Part shown: positions 1-8,547 of the stretch, piece by piece | How the letters are laid out: each line of letters starts with the position of its first letter | How positions within the stretch are numbered: the stretch's first letter is position 1 | Translations under genes and position numbers: made by a program | The notes under the pieces: generated by a model | What the model saw: only the letters and a program-made list of their open reading frames with translations | Database searches by the model: none | Told to the model about the DNA's origin: nothing | DNA from: Methanoregula sp. | Lineage (GTDB): Archaea; Halobacteriota; Methanomicrobia; Methanomicrobiales; Methanospirillaceae | Length of the DNA stretch: 64,000 nt | Direction of reading: 5' to 3' | Assembly (NCBI GenBank): GCA_041645355.1 | Contig: JBAZQF010000006.1 | Coordinates: forward strand, 80,816 to 144,815

Positions 1-24
1 ACAGGACGTCATAAATGCGAGTGA

Positions 25-756
25 CTACGAATCCTTTTTGCCCTTCCCCTTCTTCCGGCCATGCGGGCACACCCACAAACAAAGCCCGCAGACAGCAACG
101 CTCTTCTCCCTCTCCATCTCTTTGAAGTACCGGTCGCACGCCGCTGCATCGAACCGGGCTTCCCGGGGTTCATCGGGTGAAAATGGCCGGCCCGAAAATG
201 CCTGCACCGGGCAGATATCCACACATGCGGTACATTCCCCGCACCGGGGCTCCATTGGTGACCCGGTGGGGCAGAGCGGGGCATCGGTGAGAATAGTTAC
301 CCACCGGACTCTCGGGCCATGATCGGGGGTTACAAGCAGGCAGCTCTTCCCAATCCAGCCAAGGCCGGCCAGGTGTGCCCCGAGTTTCTGGGAGAATATG
401 CCGGAGATATGCTCATCGTTCGTCCTCTTTGAGGCCGGTACGGGAAATGCGTCAAAACCTGCCCGGCGGAGCGTGTTTGCAACCCGGAGCGCGATCTGGT
501 CAAGAGCAAGGTTGACCACGTCGTAGCTGTTGTGCTTGTACAGGATTGCTCCCGCCGCATCTCCATCCGGCAGCAGATCGACAAGGCTGTCCTGCAATAC
601 TATCCCGAGCACCACACCTCTCGGGTAGCGGCCTGCCCGCTCCCCGCCCTGGGCACAGATAAAATCCCGAGCAGGTGCGAGATCCGCCACCCCGAAGTAA
701 TCAGTATCGAGCGTGCGGGCGAGAGCATGGATCCCTTTGTCGATATCGCCTGACAT
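25..756 (-). CDS. 4Fe-4S dicluster protein, epoxyqueuosine reductase (QueG)-like
   Basis: AGLGWIGKS and GPRVR motifs, CGECTACVDICP ferredoxin motif, C-terminal CGLCLWVCP. Confidence 0.8.
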   Translation of the reverse strand: MSGDIDKGIHALARTLDTDYFGVADLAPARDFICAQGGERAGRYPRGVVLGIVLQDSLVDLLPDGDAAGAILYKHNSYDVVNLALDQIALRVANTLRRAGFDAFPVPASKRTNDEHISGIFSQKLGAHLAGLGWIGKSCLLVTPDHGPRVRWVTILTDAPLCPTGSPMEPRCGECTACVDICPVQAFSGRPFSPDEPREARFDAAACDRYFKEMEREKSVAVCGLCLWVCPHGRKKGKGKKDS

Positions 757-805
757 AATTATGTACCTGAGGTCTGATGGATCATTTCAGGATAGTGGTC
801 GCGGG

Positions 806-1552
806 TCAGGGGTTTGCCATGACAAAGAACGTGTACCCGTAATACCTCTTGTATTGCCGGTAATTCTCCGCTTCCTCTTCGAGTTCGTTGAGAATTTCGG
901 CATTCTCCGGTACAGAACCATGGGTCTTTTTCAGCTCCTGTATCCGGGCCAGCATCGGCACATGGTAGTTCTCCCACCACCCGGCTTCGGGGAGCCGGTA
1001 TGTTGCAACAAGGCGGAGCCCGGCGTTCTTCACCCGTTCCTTCATCACTTCTTCGGAGACCGGGACATAGCCCTTGCTTTCCCACCATTGCACGAGTTCG
1101 GCGGGAGGATTCGGTTCGAACCAGTCGGCATCTGATACCACCATGCAGCCGCCTTTTTTCAGGAACGGTTTCCAGAGGTTGAGGCCCTCCTCAAAGCCGA
1201 CAATGAAGATGGCGCCCTCGGACCAGATGAGGTCGAACGAACCCTTCTCAAACGGCAGGGCATCCATGGAGGCGCAGACGGTTCTGACCCGTGATGCCAT
1301 GCCGGCCTTCTTTGCCCACGCATCGATCGTGTCCAGGAACGGCTGGTGGTTATCGACGGCGGTGATTGTCCCGGAGGTCAGGGCGGCAAGGTCCCGCGTC
1401 TGGGTACCGCTGCCGCACCCGATATCGAGGACCTTCGCGTCCGCGGGAACAGGGGGGAGAAGGGCCCAGACCTTCCGGGTTGCCTGCGTGCAGCCCGGCC
1501 CCTGCCGGGGGAGAGATTCGAATACCTGGTAAAAAAACGGAGGTAATTTCAT
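806..1552 (-). CDS. Class I SAM-dependent methyltransferase
   Basis: VLDIGCGSG motif I and FDLIWSEGA motif. Confidence 0.9.
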   Translation of the reverse strand: MKLPPFFYQVFESLPRQGPGCTQATRKVWALLPPVPADAKVLDIGCGSGTQTRDLAALTSGTITAVDNHQPFLDTIDAWAKKAGMASRVRTVCASMDALPFEKGSFDLIWSEGAIFIVGFEEGLNLWKPFLKKGGCMVVSDADWFEPNPPAELVQWWESKGYVPVSEEVMKERVKNAGLRLVATYRLPEAGWWENYHVPMLARIQELKKTHGSVPENAEILNELEEEAENYRQYKRYYGYTFFVMANP

Positions 1553-1640
1553 GCAGAGAACGTTGGAGAGAGCGGTTTGAGTGCTTTGTGGTCAAGATTA
1601 CCCGGAACCCTCATTTTCCATCAGGTTCCAACCTTCTTTC

Positions 1641-3020
1641 ATGAACAATGAGAGGGAGAAACGGATACTGCTGGTAGTCGCCTCCCTCGCCTCCTTCCTG
1701 GTCCCGTACACCGTAGCGTCATTAAACGTCGCCCTCCCGGCGATCAGCGCCTCGTTTGGGATCGATGCTGTCATGCTCGGCTGGGTGACGTCGGCCTACC
1801 TGCTCACGGCAGCAATCTTCATTGTCCCGTTCGGGAAACTCGCCGACATGTACGGGAGAAAACGGTTCTTCATCCTCGGAAACGTCCTGTTTGCAATCGG
1901 GTCATTCCTTGCAGCCGTTTCCTGGTCGGGCACCGTCATCATTGCGGCCCGGGTCATCCAGGCCCTCGGGGGCGCCATGGTATTCTCCACATCGATCGCC
2001 ATCGTCACTTCGGTCTTCCCGCCCGGGGAGCGCGGGCGGGCGATCGGGATCATCACGGCAACGGTCTATGCCGGGCTCTCCCTCGGGCCGTTCATTGGCG
2101 GCGTCCTGACCCAGAACGCCGGATGGCCCAGCATCTTCCTCATCAACATCCCGCTTGCCATCCTCGTCATCATCCTCACCCTGCTCTACATCCCAGGGGA
2201 ATGGAAAGAGACCGGCGGGCACCGTTTCGATCTCGCGGGGGCCGGCCTGTATGGCGTGATGCTCTTTGGCTGTATCTATGGTCTCACCCTGCTGCCATCC
2301 GTTTCTGGGATCGCATGGGTGCTGTCCGGCCTCGTGGTCCTTGCGCTCTTTCTCTGGTGGGAGCAGCGCGTGGAGGCGCCGATGGTCGAGATCGCGCTCT
2401 TCAGGAAGAGCCCGGCCTTCCTCTTCTCGAATATTGCAGCCCTGATCAACTATGCAGTGGTCTTTGCCGTTGCATTCCTCATGAGCCTGTACCTGCAGTA
2501 CAACCGGGGAATCGACCCGCAGACCGCCGGGCTGATCCTCATCGCCCAGCCGGTTGTCCAGATGATCGTCTCTCCCGCGGCAGGCCATCTCTCGGACCGG
2601 ATCGAGCCCCGGGTCCTGGCCACTGCCGGCATGGCAATCACAACCGTCGGGATCGGTATCCTGATGCTTGTCTCCCCCTCGACTCCACTTCTGGTGATAA
2701 TTGCCGGGCTCGCCATCCTCGGCCTCGGGTACGGCCTCTTCTCCTCGCCGAACACCAACGCCATCATGAGTTCCGTTGATGTGCGGTACCTCGGCCTTGC
2801 CTCCGGCATGGTCTCGACCATGAGAGCAATCGGCCAGATGCTCAGCCTTGCAATAGCTATGCTCGTCTTCTCGGCGATCATCGGCACGGTCCAGATATCA
2901 CCGGAAGTCTATCCCGAGCTGCAGCAGAGTGTCACTATTGCATTTGCGGTCTTTTTCATTCTCGGACTTATCGGTATTGCTGCATCCTATGCCCGGGGAA
3001 CGGTACGGGATCCCCAATAA
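1641..3020 (+). CDS. MFS transporter (DHA2/EmrB-like, about 14 TM)
   Basis: GKLADMYGRKR motif A, hydrophobic helices; ATG at 1641 preferred to the ORF-track start. Confidence 0.9.
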   Translation: MNNEREKRILLVVASLASFLVPYTVASLNVALPAISASFGIDAVMLGWVTSAYLLTAAIFIVPFGKLADMYGRKRFFILGNVLFAIGSFLAAVSWSGTVIIAARVIQALGGAMVFSTSIAIVTSVFPPGERGRAIGIITATVYAGLSLGPFIGGVLTQNAGWPSIFLINIPLAILVIILTLLYIPGEWKETGGHRFDLAGAGLYGVMLFGCIYGLTLLPSVSGIAWVLSGLVVLALFLWWEQRVEAPMVEIALFRKSPAFLFSNIAALINYAVVFAVAFLMSLYLQYNRGIDPQTAGLILIAQPVVQMIVSPAAGHLSDRIEPRVLATAGMAITTVGIGILMLVSPSTPLLVIIAGLAILGLGYGLFSSPNTNAIMSSVDVRYLGLASGMVSTMRAIGQMLSLAIAMLVFSAIIGTVQISPEVYPELQQSVTIAFAVFFILGLIGIAASYARGTVRDPQ

Positions 3021-3121
3021 CCCGTGGTGAGATTTCTGTTTTTTGCTGACAGGAGCTCTTCCGGATACTTTCACATCGCCCATACCTCAGGGTTATTGAG
3101 CTGTGCGGGAGAGATCAGGAT

Positions 3122-3418
3122 ATGACAAAGAAGATCGAGACCGTCTGCGGGTATTCCTGCACCGGGTGCGAGTACCACAAAAAAGAGTGCCCGGGGTGCG
3201 AAGCAACGAAGGGCAAGCCGTTCTGGACAGCGTTTGCCGGTGCAGATGCCTGCCCCGTTTATTCCTGCTGTAAAACCGAGCGCCATCTTCCGCATTGCGG
3301 GAAGTGCCCTGACCTGGTGTGCGAACGGTTCACCCGCTACAGGGACCCGGGCATGAGCGACGAGCAGGTGAAGACCGGGCTTGCGGAGATGGAACGGGAA
3401 CTGAGGGGGAGGAAGTAA
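3122..3418 (+). CDS. Cys-rich DUF3795 family protein
   Basis: CGYSCTGC...CPGC...CPVYSCC...HCGKCPDLVC pattern. Confidence 0.75.
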   Translation: MTKKIETVCGYSCTGCEYHKKECPGCEATKGKPFWTAFAGADACPVYSCCKTERHLPHCGKCPDLVCERFTRYRDPGMSDEQVKTGLAEMERELRGRK

Positions 3419-3444
3419 CCTGCACAATCTTCCCGTGATGTTTT

Positions 3445-4041
3445 TCATTCCTTTACTGCACGTTTCCGGGCACCCGCCATCAAAAAAAAGATCGCTGCTG
3501 TACCTATGAACACCTCAAGGTACAACCCGATCATGAGAAGGATACTATTCCATGGGGGAACATAGGAAAAGGAGGAGAGATTCAGGAGCCAGATGAGACA
3601 ATCCATGACCGGCCCGAGCACAGGAAAACGGTACGAGAAACCGGGGGCCGGCTGCCCTGCCCGTGCTTCAACGCTTCCCCCGAGAAAGAAGATCCCGAGG
3701 AGCAGCATGGCAATGTACGAGACGAGCGCCACAGCTGCCCACGGCGGCATCCCGAGGTCCTTTCCTTCGAAAAGCGAGAATGCGCCAAGCTCCGCCATAA
3801 TGACAAATGTCAGCATGAGGAAGAGCATGGGGATGACAAAATATTCCGGGGCCGGGCCATCAGGCGCAAGAAAAGCATATACCACAGCAGTGAGCCCTGC
3901 AAGGATCGGGGGGACATACACCGGAATCGTATTTGCGATTTTTCTGATCAGAAGATAGATGCCTGATGCGTATAAGCCGGTAAAAAGAATCCCGCCAGGG
4001 ATGAGGGCCCATACTGGAATCCAGTCAGCCATATGTACCAA
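3445..4041 (-). CDS. Hypothetical multi-pass membrane protein
   Basis: 198-aa ORF with about 5 hydrophobic segments. Confidence 0.6.
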   Translation of the reverse strand: MVHMADWIPVWALIPGGILFTGLYASGIYLLIRKIANTIPVYVPPILAGLTAVVYAFLAPDGPAPEYFVIPMLFLMLTFVIMAELGAFSLFEGKDLGMPPWAAVALVSYIAMLLLGIFFLGGSVEARAGQPAPGFSYRFPVLGPVMDCLIWLLNLSSFSYVPPWNSILLMIGLYLEVFIGTAAIFFLMAGARKRAVKE

Positions 4042-4098
4042 TGGTTTTCCGGATATTAATATAATGCTTATTTGAATAATATATGATTTCTACAAAGT

Positions 4099-4525
4099 AA
4101 AAAATTCAATCGGGATCAGCCAAAAAAATTTCAACCAGAGTCTGATGAAAAAATAAAAATCAAAGTCTGGTTTATCCGGAACAGGTTTTCAATCGGGATC
4201 CTGATCGCGATGAAAATTGTAAAATCAGGGTTTGATTGAAAAGAAAAAATCAAAGTCCGGTTGAGAATGAAAAATCAAGGTCTGGCAGCAAAAAGTTAAA
4301 CGGGTTTGCATAAAACCAAAAAGAGAGTTTACGACGTAGACCAGATCGCCAAGCCCGCTTTTCAATCAGGGTTCGCCAAAAAAAATTCAATCAAAGTCTG
4401 GTTGAAAAGAAAAAATCAAAGTCCGGTTAAGAAATAAAAATCAAGGTTTGATTGATCGGTAAACGGTTTTCAACCGGGATCCTGATCGCGATTGAAAATA
4501 TAAAACCGGAGTTTGATTGAAAACT
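4099..4525. repeat. Array of degenerate 25-bp units, each with a 17-bp palindrome (AAYCR-N5-YGRTT core), plus two 31-32 bp palindromes
   Basis: Unit starts at 4107, 4132, 4157, 4222, 4247, 4272, 4363, 4388, 4413, 4438 and 4503; TTTTCAAYCGGGATCCTGATCGCGA(T)TGAAAA at 4186-4216 and 4467-4498. Confidence 0.85.
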
Positions 4526-4574
4526 GTGGCTCTGTTAAGAGTTAAAAGTGAGATCAACATTCGCTCCCGGATCA

Positions 4575-4690
4575 CAAAAACGGGGGGTCAAGGGGATGCT
4601 CCCATTGGGCTGCCTCCCCCTTTGGGGGAGAGAGGGGGTCACGCTCCTTAATTGGTGAGCGGAGGGGAGCGTGCCTGTCCCCCCGCACTT
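4575..4690. repeat. GC-rich multi-hairpin element (REP/MITE-like)
   Basis: CTCCCCC-TTT-GGGGGAG hairpin at about 4614-4630; CACGCTCC (4640-4647) pairs with GGAGCGTG (4666-4673); G-tracts. Confidence 0.5.
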
Positions 4691-4709
4691 CGGTTCTCTT
4701 TCGATCTTG

Positions 4710-5030
4710 TCATACCGGCACAACTTCTGCAAGCACGTACGGCCTGATCGCGGGTTTGAGTCCGCTCTTCTCAACAAGGTCAACCCGGACGCCAAGGAAA
4801 TCCACGAGGTCATTCTGCAGATGGATAAAATCGAGAAGGGTTCCCGGGCGGTCGAACTCCACGAGGAGGTCAACATCGCTTGTTGTTTTCTGTTCTCCCC
4901 GTACATAGGAGCCGAATATCCCAAGATAGGTAATGCCATAGCGTTCCCGTAGTTCCGGCAGGTGTGCCCGCAGATCCTCCTGGATCTCGTCAACCGACCG
5001 TTTTCTGTGAGACTGGCTGATCCTTGGCAC
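4710..5030 (-). CDS. Minimal nucleotidyltransferase (MNT/MntA-type antitoxin)
   Basis: FGSYVRGEQKTTSDVDLLVEF (GS-X10-DXD), RVDLV, about 100 aa. Confidence 0.9.
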   Translation of the reverse strand: MPRISQSHRKRSVDEIQEDLRAHLPELRERYGITYLGIFGSYVRGEQKTTSDVDLLVEFDRPGTLLDFIHLQNDLVDFLGVRVDLVEKSGLKPAIRPYVLAEVVPV

Positions 5031-5142
5031 GGCACTTCCCTCTTAGTATAGATGATGGGATTGCCCTATGTTATATTTTTTTGAGGGGATGGAAAAACGG
5101 CTTATCGGTATTATGGAAAAAAGGAGCGGGAAAGACGGGGTA

Positions 5143-6426
5143 TTATTTCTTCCCTTTCTTCTCCCCGGTCCCGAACAGTTCGTTGACCATCTTCACCGCA
5201 CACAGATCCCCGCACATCGAACAGGTCTCGGTTTCGCCGTCCCGCTCGTGGATCTTCTTTGCATGGTCCCCGTAGAGGGCCAGCCGGAACTGTTCGTCCC
5301 AGTCAAGGGTATGCCGGGCCTCGGCCATCTGCGCCTCGCGGTCCATCTTCCAGCCCTCGTGCTTCCGGACGGTGTCCCCCACGTGCGCTGCAATCTTTGC
5401 CACCCTTGTTCCTTCGATGATGTCATCAACATCCGGGAGGGCGAGGTGCTCGCTTGGCGAGACCATGCAGAGGAAATCAGCGCCGTTCAGGCAGGCTGTT
5501 GCGCCGCCGATAGCCGCCACGACATGGTCGTAGCCCGGCGCGATATCCGTCACGATCGGGCCGAGCAGGTAGAGCGGGGCATGGTCGGTGATCTCCTTGA
5601 TCATCCGCACGTTGTAGCCAACCTGGTCGAGCGGCATGTGGCCCGGCCCCTCGATCATCCGCTGGACCCCTGCTGCCTGCGCCCGTTTTGCAAGGGTGCC
5701 GAGCGTGACATACTCCACGGACTTTGCCAGCTTCCCGGCATCCAGCAGGCAGCCGGGGCGCATCCCGTCCCCGAGGCTGATGGTCACATCGTATTCCGCA
5801 AGGATCTCGAGCAGGTAATCGTACTCGGCATAGAGCGGGTTCTCTTCCCCCCGCTGCATCATCATGGCGCAGTGGAACGAGCCCCCCCGGCTCACGACCC
5901 CCATCTTCCGGGGATCGGCCCGCAGCGCTGAAAGCGCCTGCATGTTCACGCCGCAGTGGAGGGTGAGGAAATCAACGCCCTGTCTGCAGTGCTCCCGGAT
6001 AACCGTAAAGAGCAGGTCGGGGGTGACATCCCGGGCATTTCCCGCCCTGCGCACGGCTTCGTATACCGGGACCGTACCGACCGTGGTGTCGAGCGCGAGC
6101 ATCTTTTTCCGGATCGCCACAAGGTCGCCGCCGGTAGAGAGATCCATGATGGCATCGGCGCCATTTGCCAGCGCGGCTTTTGCTTTCTTCTCCTCAAGGG
6201 CGGGATCGCACCTGCTGCCTGATGTCCCGACATTCACGTTGATCTTGACCGAACAGCCGCTCCCGATGGCGCACAGCGGGTGCTCCCGGGCCGGGTTGGC
6301 GGGGACAACGATCCGCCCCCCCGCGACTCCCCTCGCAAGTCGCTCCGGCTCCATCTGTTCCGCCCGTGCCACACCATCGAGCTCTGCCGTGGCCCCGCGG
6401 CAGCACCTGCGGATAAGCAAATCCAT
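5143..6426 (-). CDS. thiC: Phosphomethylpyrimidine synthase ThiC family (ThiC or Bza-type paralogue)
   Basis: KINVNVGTS, MDLSTGG, SRGGS, LGDGMRPG, EGPGH, EHLALP and C-terminal CSMCG motifs. Confidence 0.9.
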   Translation of the reverse strand: MDLLIRRCCRGATAELDGVARAEQMEPERLARGVAGGRIVVPANPAREHPLCAIGSGCSVKINVNVGTSGSRCDPALEEKKAKAALANGADAIMDLSTGGDLVAIRKKMLALDTTVGTVPVYEAVRRAGNARDVTPDLLFTVIREHCRQGVDFLTLHCGVNMQALSALRADPRKMGVVSRGGSFHCAMMMQRGEENPLYAEYDYLLEILAEYDVTISLGDGMRPGCLLDAGKLAKSVEYVTLGTLAKRAQAAGVQRMIEGPGHMPLDQVGYNVRMIKEITDHAPLYLLGPIVTDIAPGYDHVVAAIGGATACLNGADFLCMVSPSEHLALPDVDDIIEGTRVAKIAAHVGDTVRKHEGWKMDREAQMAEARHTLDWDEQFRLALYGDHAKKIHERDGETETCSMCGDLCAVKMVNELFGTGEKKGKK

Positions 6427-6460
6427 AAGAAACATCTGTTACGGCTCCTTATTATTGTGC

Positions 6461-7063
6461 ATGCAGGTCAGGTGGATTTGCGGGGAGTCGGTCTATGCCA
6501 ATGCGTATATTTTCAAAAATATCCTGGTGGACGCGGGTGTCACACCGATGGCGGTCCAGCCCTGGAAGGAAGAGATAGATACCATTGTCCTCACGCACTG
6601 CCATTATGACCATATAGCCCGGGTCAAAGAGATCGCGCACATGTGCAAGGCAAAAGTTGCCATACATCAGGAAGACGCCCTGGGCCTTCTTGAGGATATG
6701 AAGAGCCTCTCCATGCATTTTGGCGCCCGGTCGCCGGGAATTCTCCCCGACATCAAGCTCAAAAACGGGGATAAAATCGGCGACCTCGAAGTCATCCACA
6801 CCCCGGGCCATACCAAAGGGAGCATCTGCCTCTGGTCGGAAAAGGACCGGGTGCTTATCAGCGGGGACACGGTGTTTGCCGACGGGTATTTCGGCCGTTA
6901 CGATTTCCCGGGCGGGAGCCGGGCGGAGCTTGCCCGCTCGCTTGACCGGCTCTCGCTTTTGGATGTTGAAGGATTGTATGCCGGGCATGGCGAGCCAACC
7001 GACGAGGGCGGCAGCCGGTGCATTGCAGCAGCCCTCGGCCTCATGAAGAGCGGTTATGGATAA
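6461..7063 (+). CDS. MBL-fold metallo-hydrolase
   Basis: THCHYDH, HTPGHT and SGDT motifs; real start is ATG 6461 within the longer ORF-track frame. Confidence 0.88.
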   Translation: MQVRWICGESVYANAYIFKNILVDAGVTPMAVQPWKEEIDTIVLTHCHYDHIARVKEIAHMCKAKVAIHQEDALGLLEDMKSLSMHFGARSPGILPDIKLKNGDKIGDLEVIHTPGHTKGSICLWSEKDRVLISGDTVFADGYFGRYDFPGGSRAELARSLDRLSLLDVEGLYAGHGEPTDEGGSRCIAAALGLMKSGYG

Positions 7064-7493
7064 GGGGATCTATTGCCTGGTTTTTTTAACTCCCGGCTGC
7101 ACTGCCGGGATCGGGGCGCTCGGCGGGATTGCGTTCCGGAAGGGCTGGTATATCTACGTGGGCTCTGCACTCGGGAGCGGGGGACTTGCCCGGCTCGAAC
7201 GCCACATTGCCCTCTCCCGGGACAGAGACAGACGCCCGAAATGGCACGTGGATTATCTCTCAGCCAGCGATCATTTTTCGCTCCGGTATACCGTTCATGC
7301 AGTCACAGGCAACCGGTTTGAGTGCCGGCTTGCAGATCTCCTTGCAGAACCGGGTGTTCCCGGGTTCGGGTGCAGTGACTGCACCTGCCCGTCCCATCTC
7401 TTTTACCGCACCCGCAATCCTGTTCATGAGATCGAAAATGCATTCCGCTCCCTCGGGCTCGCACCGGTAACCGCAACCATCAAGAACCCGTAA
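7056..7493 (+). CDS. DUF123 / GIY-YIG-like nuclease family protein
   Basis: GIY...YIYVGSA, WHVDYL and FGCSDCxCxSHL motifs. Confidence 0.8.
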   Translation: MDKGIYCLVFLTPGCTAGIGALGGIAFRKGWYIYVGSALGSGGLARLERHIALSRDRDRRPKWHVDYLSASDHFSLRYTVHAVTGNRFECRLADLLAEPGVPGFGCSDCTCPSHLFYRTRNPVHEIENAFRSLGLAPVTATIKNP

Positions 7494-7510
7494 TGCAGTA
7501 ACGGTAACGT

Positions 7511-8065
7511 ATGAAGATTCTGGGTATCTCGGGTAGCATGAGAAAGGAGGGCAACACGGCAAGCCTCGTGAAAGTTATCCTGGACAGGTGCAGGGAGGCC
7601 GGGCTGAAAACCGAGTTTGTTTCCCTTGCAGGCAAGAAGATCCAGCCCTGCTTAGGCTGTGACAAGTGCCGGGAGAAGAAGTGGTGCATCATCGAGAACG
7701 ATGACTGGGATGCGGTTGCGAAAAAAGTGCTGGACTGCGATGTCCTTGTTATCGGCTCCCCTACCTACTATTTCGATGTCAACGGTCACACCAAGAACTT
7801 TATCGACCGCACGTATTCCCTGTACCATGACCGCAAGCTGGCCGGCAGGAAAGGCGTTGCGGTAGCGGTGCATGCCAATAAAGGGGGGAGCCGGACCATC
7901 CAGACGCTCGAGGGATTCCTCAGTACCCATGAGTTCTCCTCGCTCGGGTCCGTGAAAGGCACGGGATTTAAGGAAGGCGATGTCCTGAGCGATACCGAGG
8001 CTGTCCAGAAAGCCGAGAAGACTGCTGATAAGATCATCCGTCTCGTCAAGTCCCATCACGGGTGA
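7511..8065 (+). CDS. Iron-sulfur flavoprotein (Isf)/flavodoxin family
   Basis: GISGSMRKEGNT, CLGCDKC...C and GSPTYY motifs. Confidence 0.88.
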   Translation: MKILGISGSMRKEGNTASLVKVILDRCREAGLKTEFVSLAGKKIQPCLGCDKCREKKWCIIENDDWDAVAKKVLDCDVLVIGSPTYYFDVNGHTKNFIDRTYSLYHDRKLAGRKGVAVAVHANKGGSRTIQTLEGFLSTHEFSSLGSVKGTGFKEGDVLSDTEAVQKAEKTADKIIRLVKSHHG

Positions 8066-8068
8066 TAT

Positions 8069-8527
8069 TCAGCACCCGTGCTTCTTTCCGGTCATCCCCG
8101 TGATATCGATCCGGATCACACAGACCCGGTCCAGCTCTTTTTCTGAAAATCCGTATTCTTCTCCCCCGTAATGCTTCAGGATGCAGTTGAGCCCCCGGCG
8201 TTTCTCCCCGTGTTCGGTCACAAAAGAGGCAGTCCCGGTGCAGATAACGCTCTGGTACTGCATCTCCCAGGAGCAGGGATTTTTGCCAGGAATAGGTCCC
8301 ATGGTGCTATCCGCTTCAATACAACAGCGCGGGTTGTGTCTGAGGATTTCGATCTTCTTTCCTTCCGGCGCGGAATGGATGTAGATTGCGCTGCCATCCC
8401 TGCCAAAACAGAGCGGGACTACATAGGGCTCGTTACCATCAGAAAGACCAAGATGGCATACGGGCGCCAAATCAAGTATCGCCGCCATTTCAGCAGTGTC
8501 GGTAATTTCCCGGTCTTTTCGCCGCAT
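8069..8527 (-). CDS. Pyridoxamine 5'-phosphate oxidase-like / NimA family protein
   Basis: MRRKDREI start, PYVVP, HSAPEGKK, YQSVI and TGK motifs. Confidence 0.85.
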   Translation of the reverse strand: MRRKDREITDTAEMAAILDLAPVCHLGLSDGNEPYVVPLCFGRDGSAIYIHSAPEGKKIEILRHNPRCCIEADSTMGPIPGKNPCSWEMQYQSVICTGTASFVTEHGEKRRGLNCILKHYGGEEYGFSEKELDRVCVIRIDITGMTGKKHGC

Positions 8528-8547
8528 ACCTGTTTCCCGTACTTACC

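Noticed and set aside
4099-4525. CRISPR array
   Set aside because: Units are degenerate, the intervening sequences are about 8-bp A-tracts rather than unique 30-40 bp spacers, and no cas genes are present.
4535-5035. 166-aa minus-strand ORF and 93-aa plus-strand ORF over the MNT gene
   Set aside because: Alternative frames with no motifs; the MNT frame explains the region.
5864-6460. N-terminal 200 aa of the 399-aa ORF as part of the MBL hydrolase
   Set aside because: Antisense shadow of thiC; the hydrolase starts at ATG 6461.
7056-7493. GIY-YIG-like gene as a homing endonuclease or mobile element
   Set aside because: DUF123 is a common stand-alone archaeal family; no intron, intein or element ends are visible.
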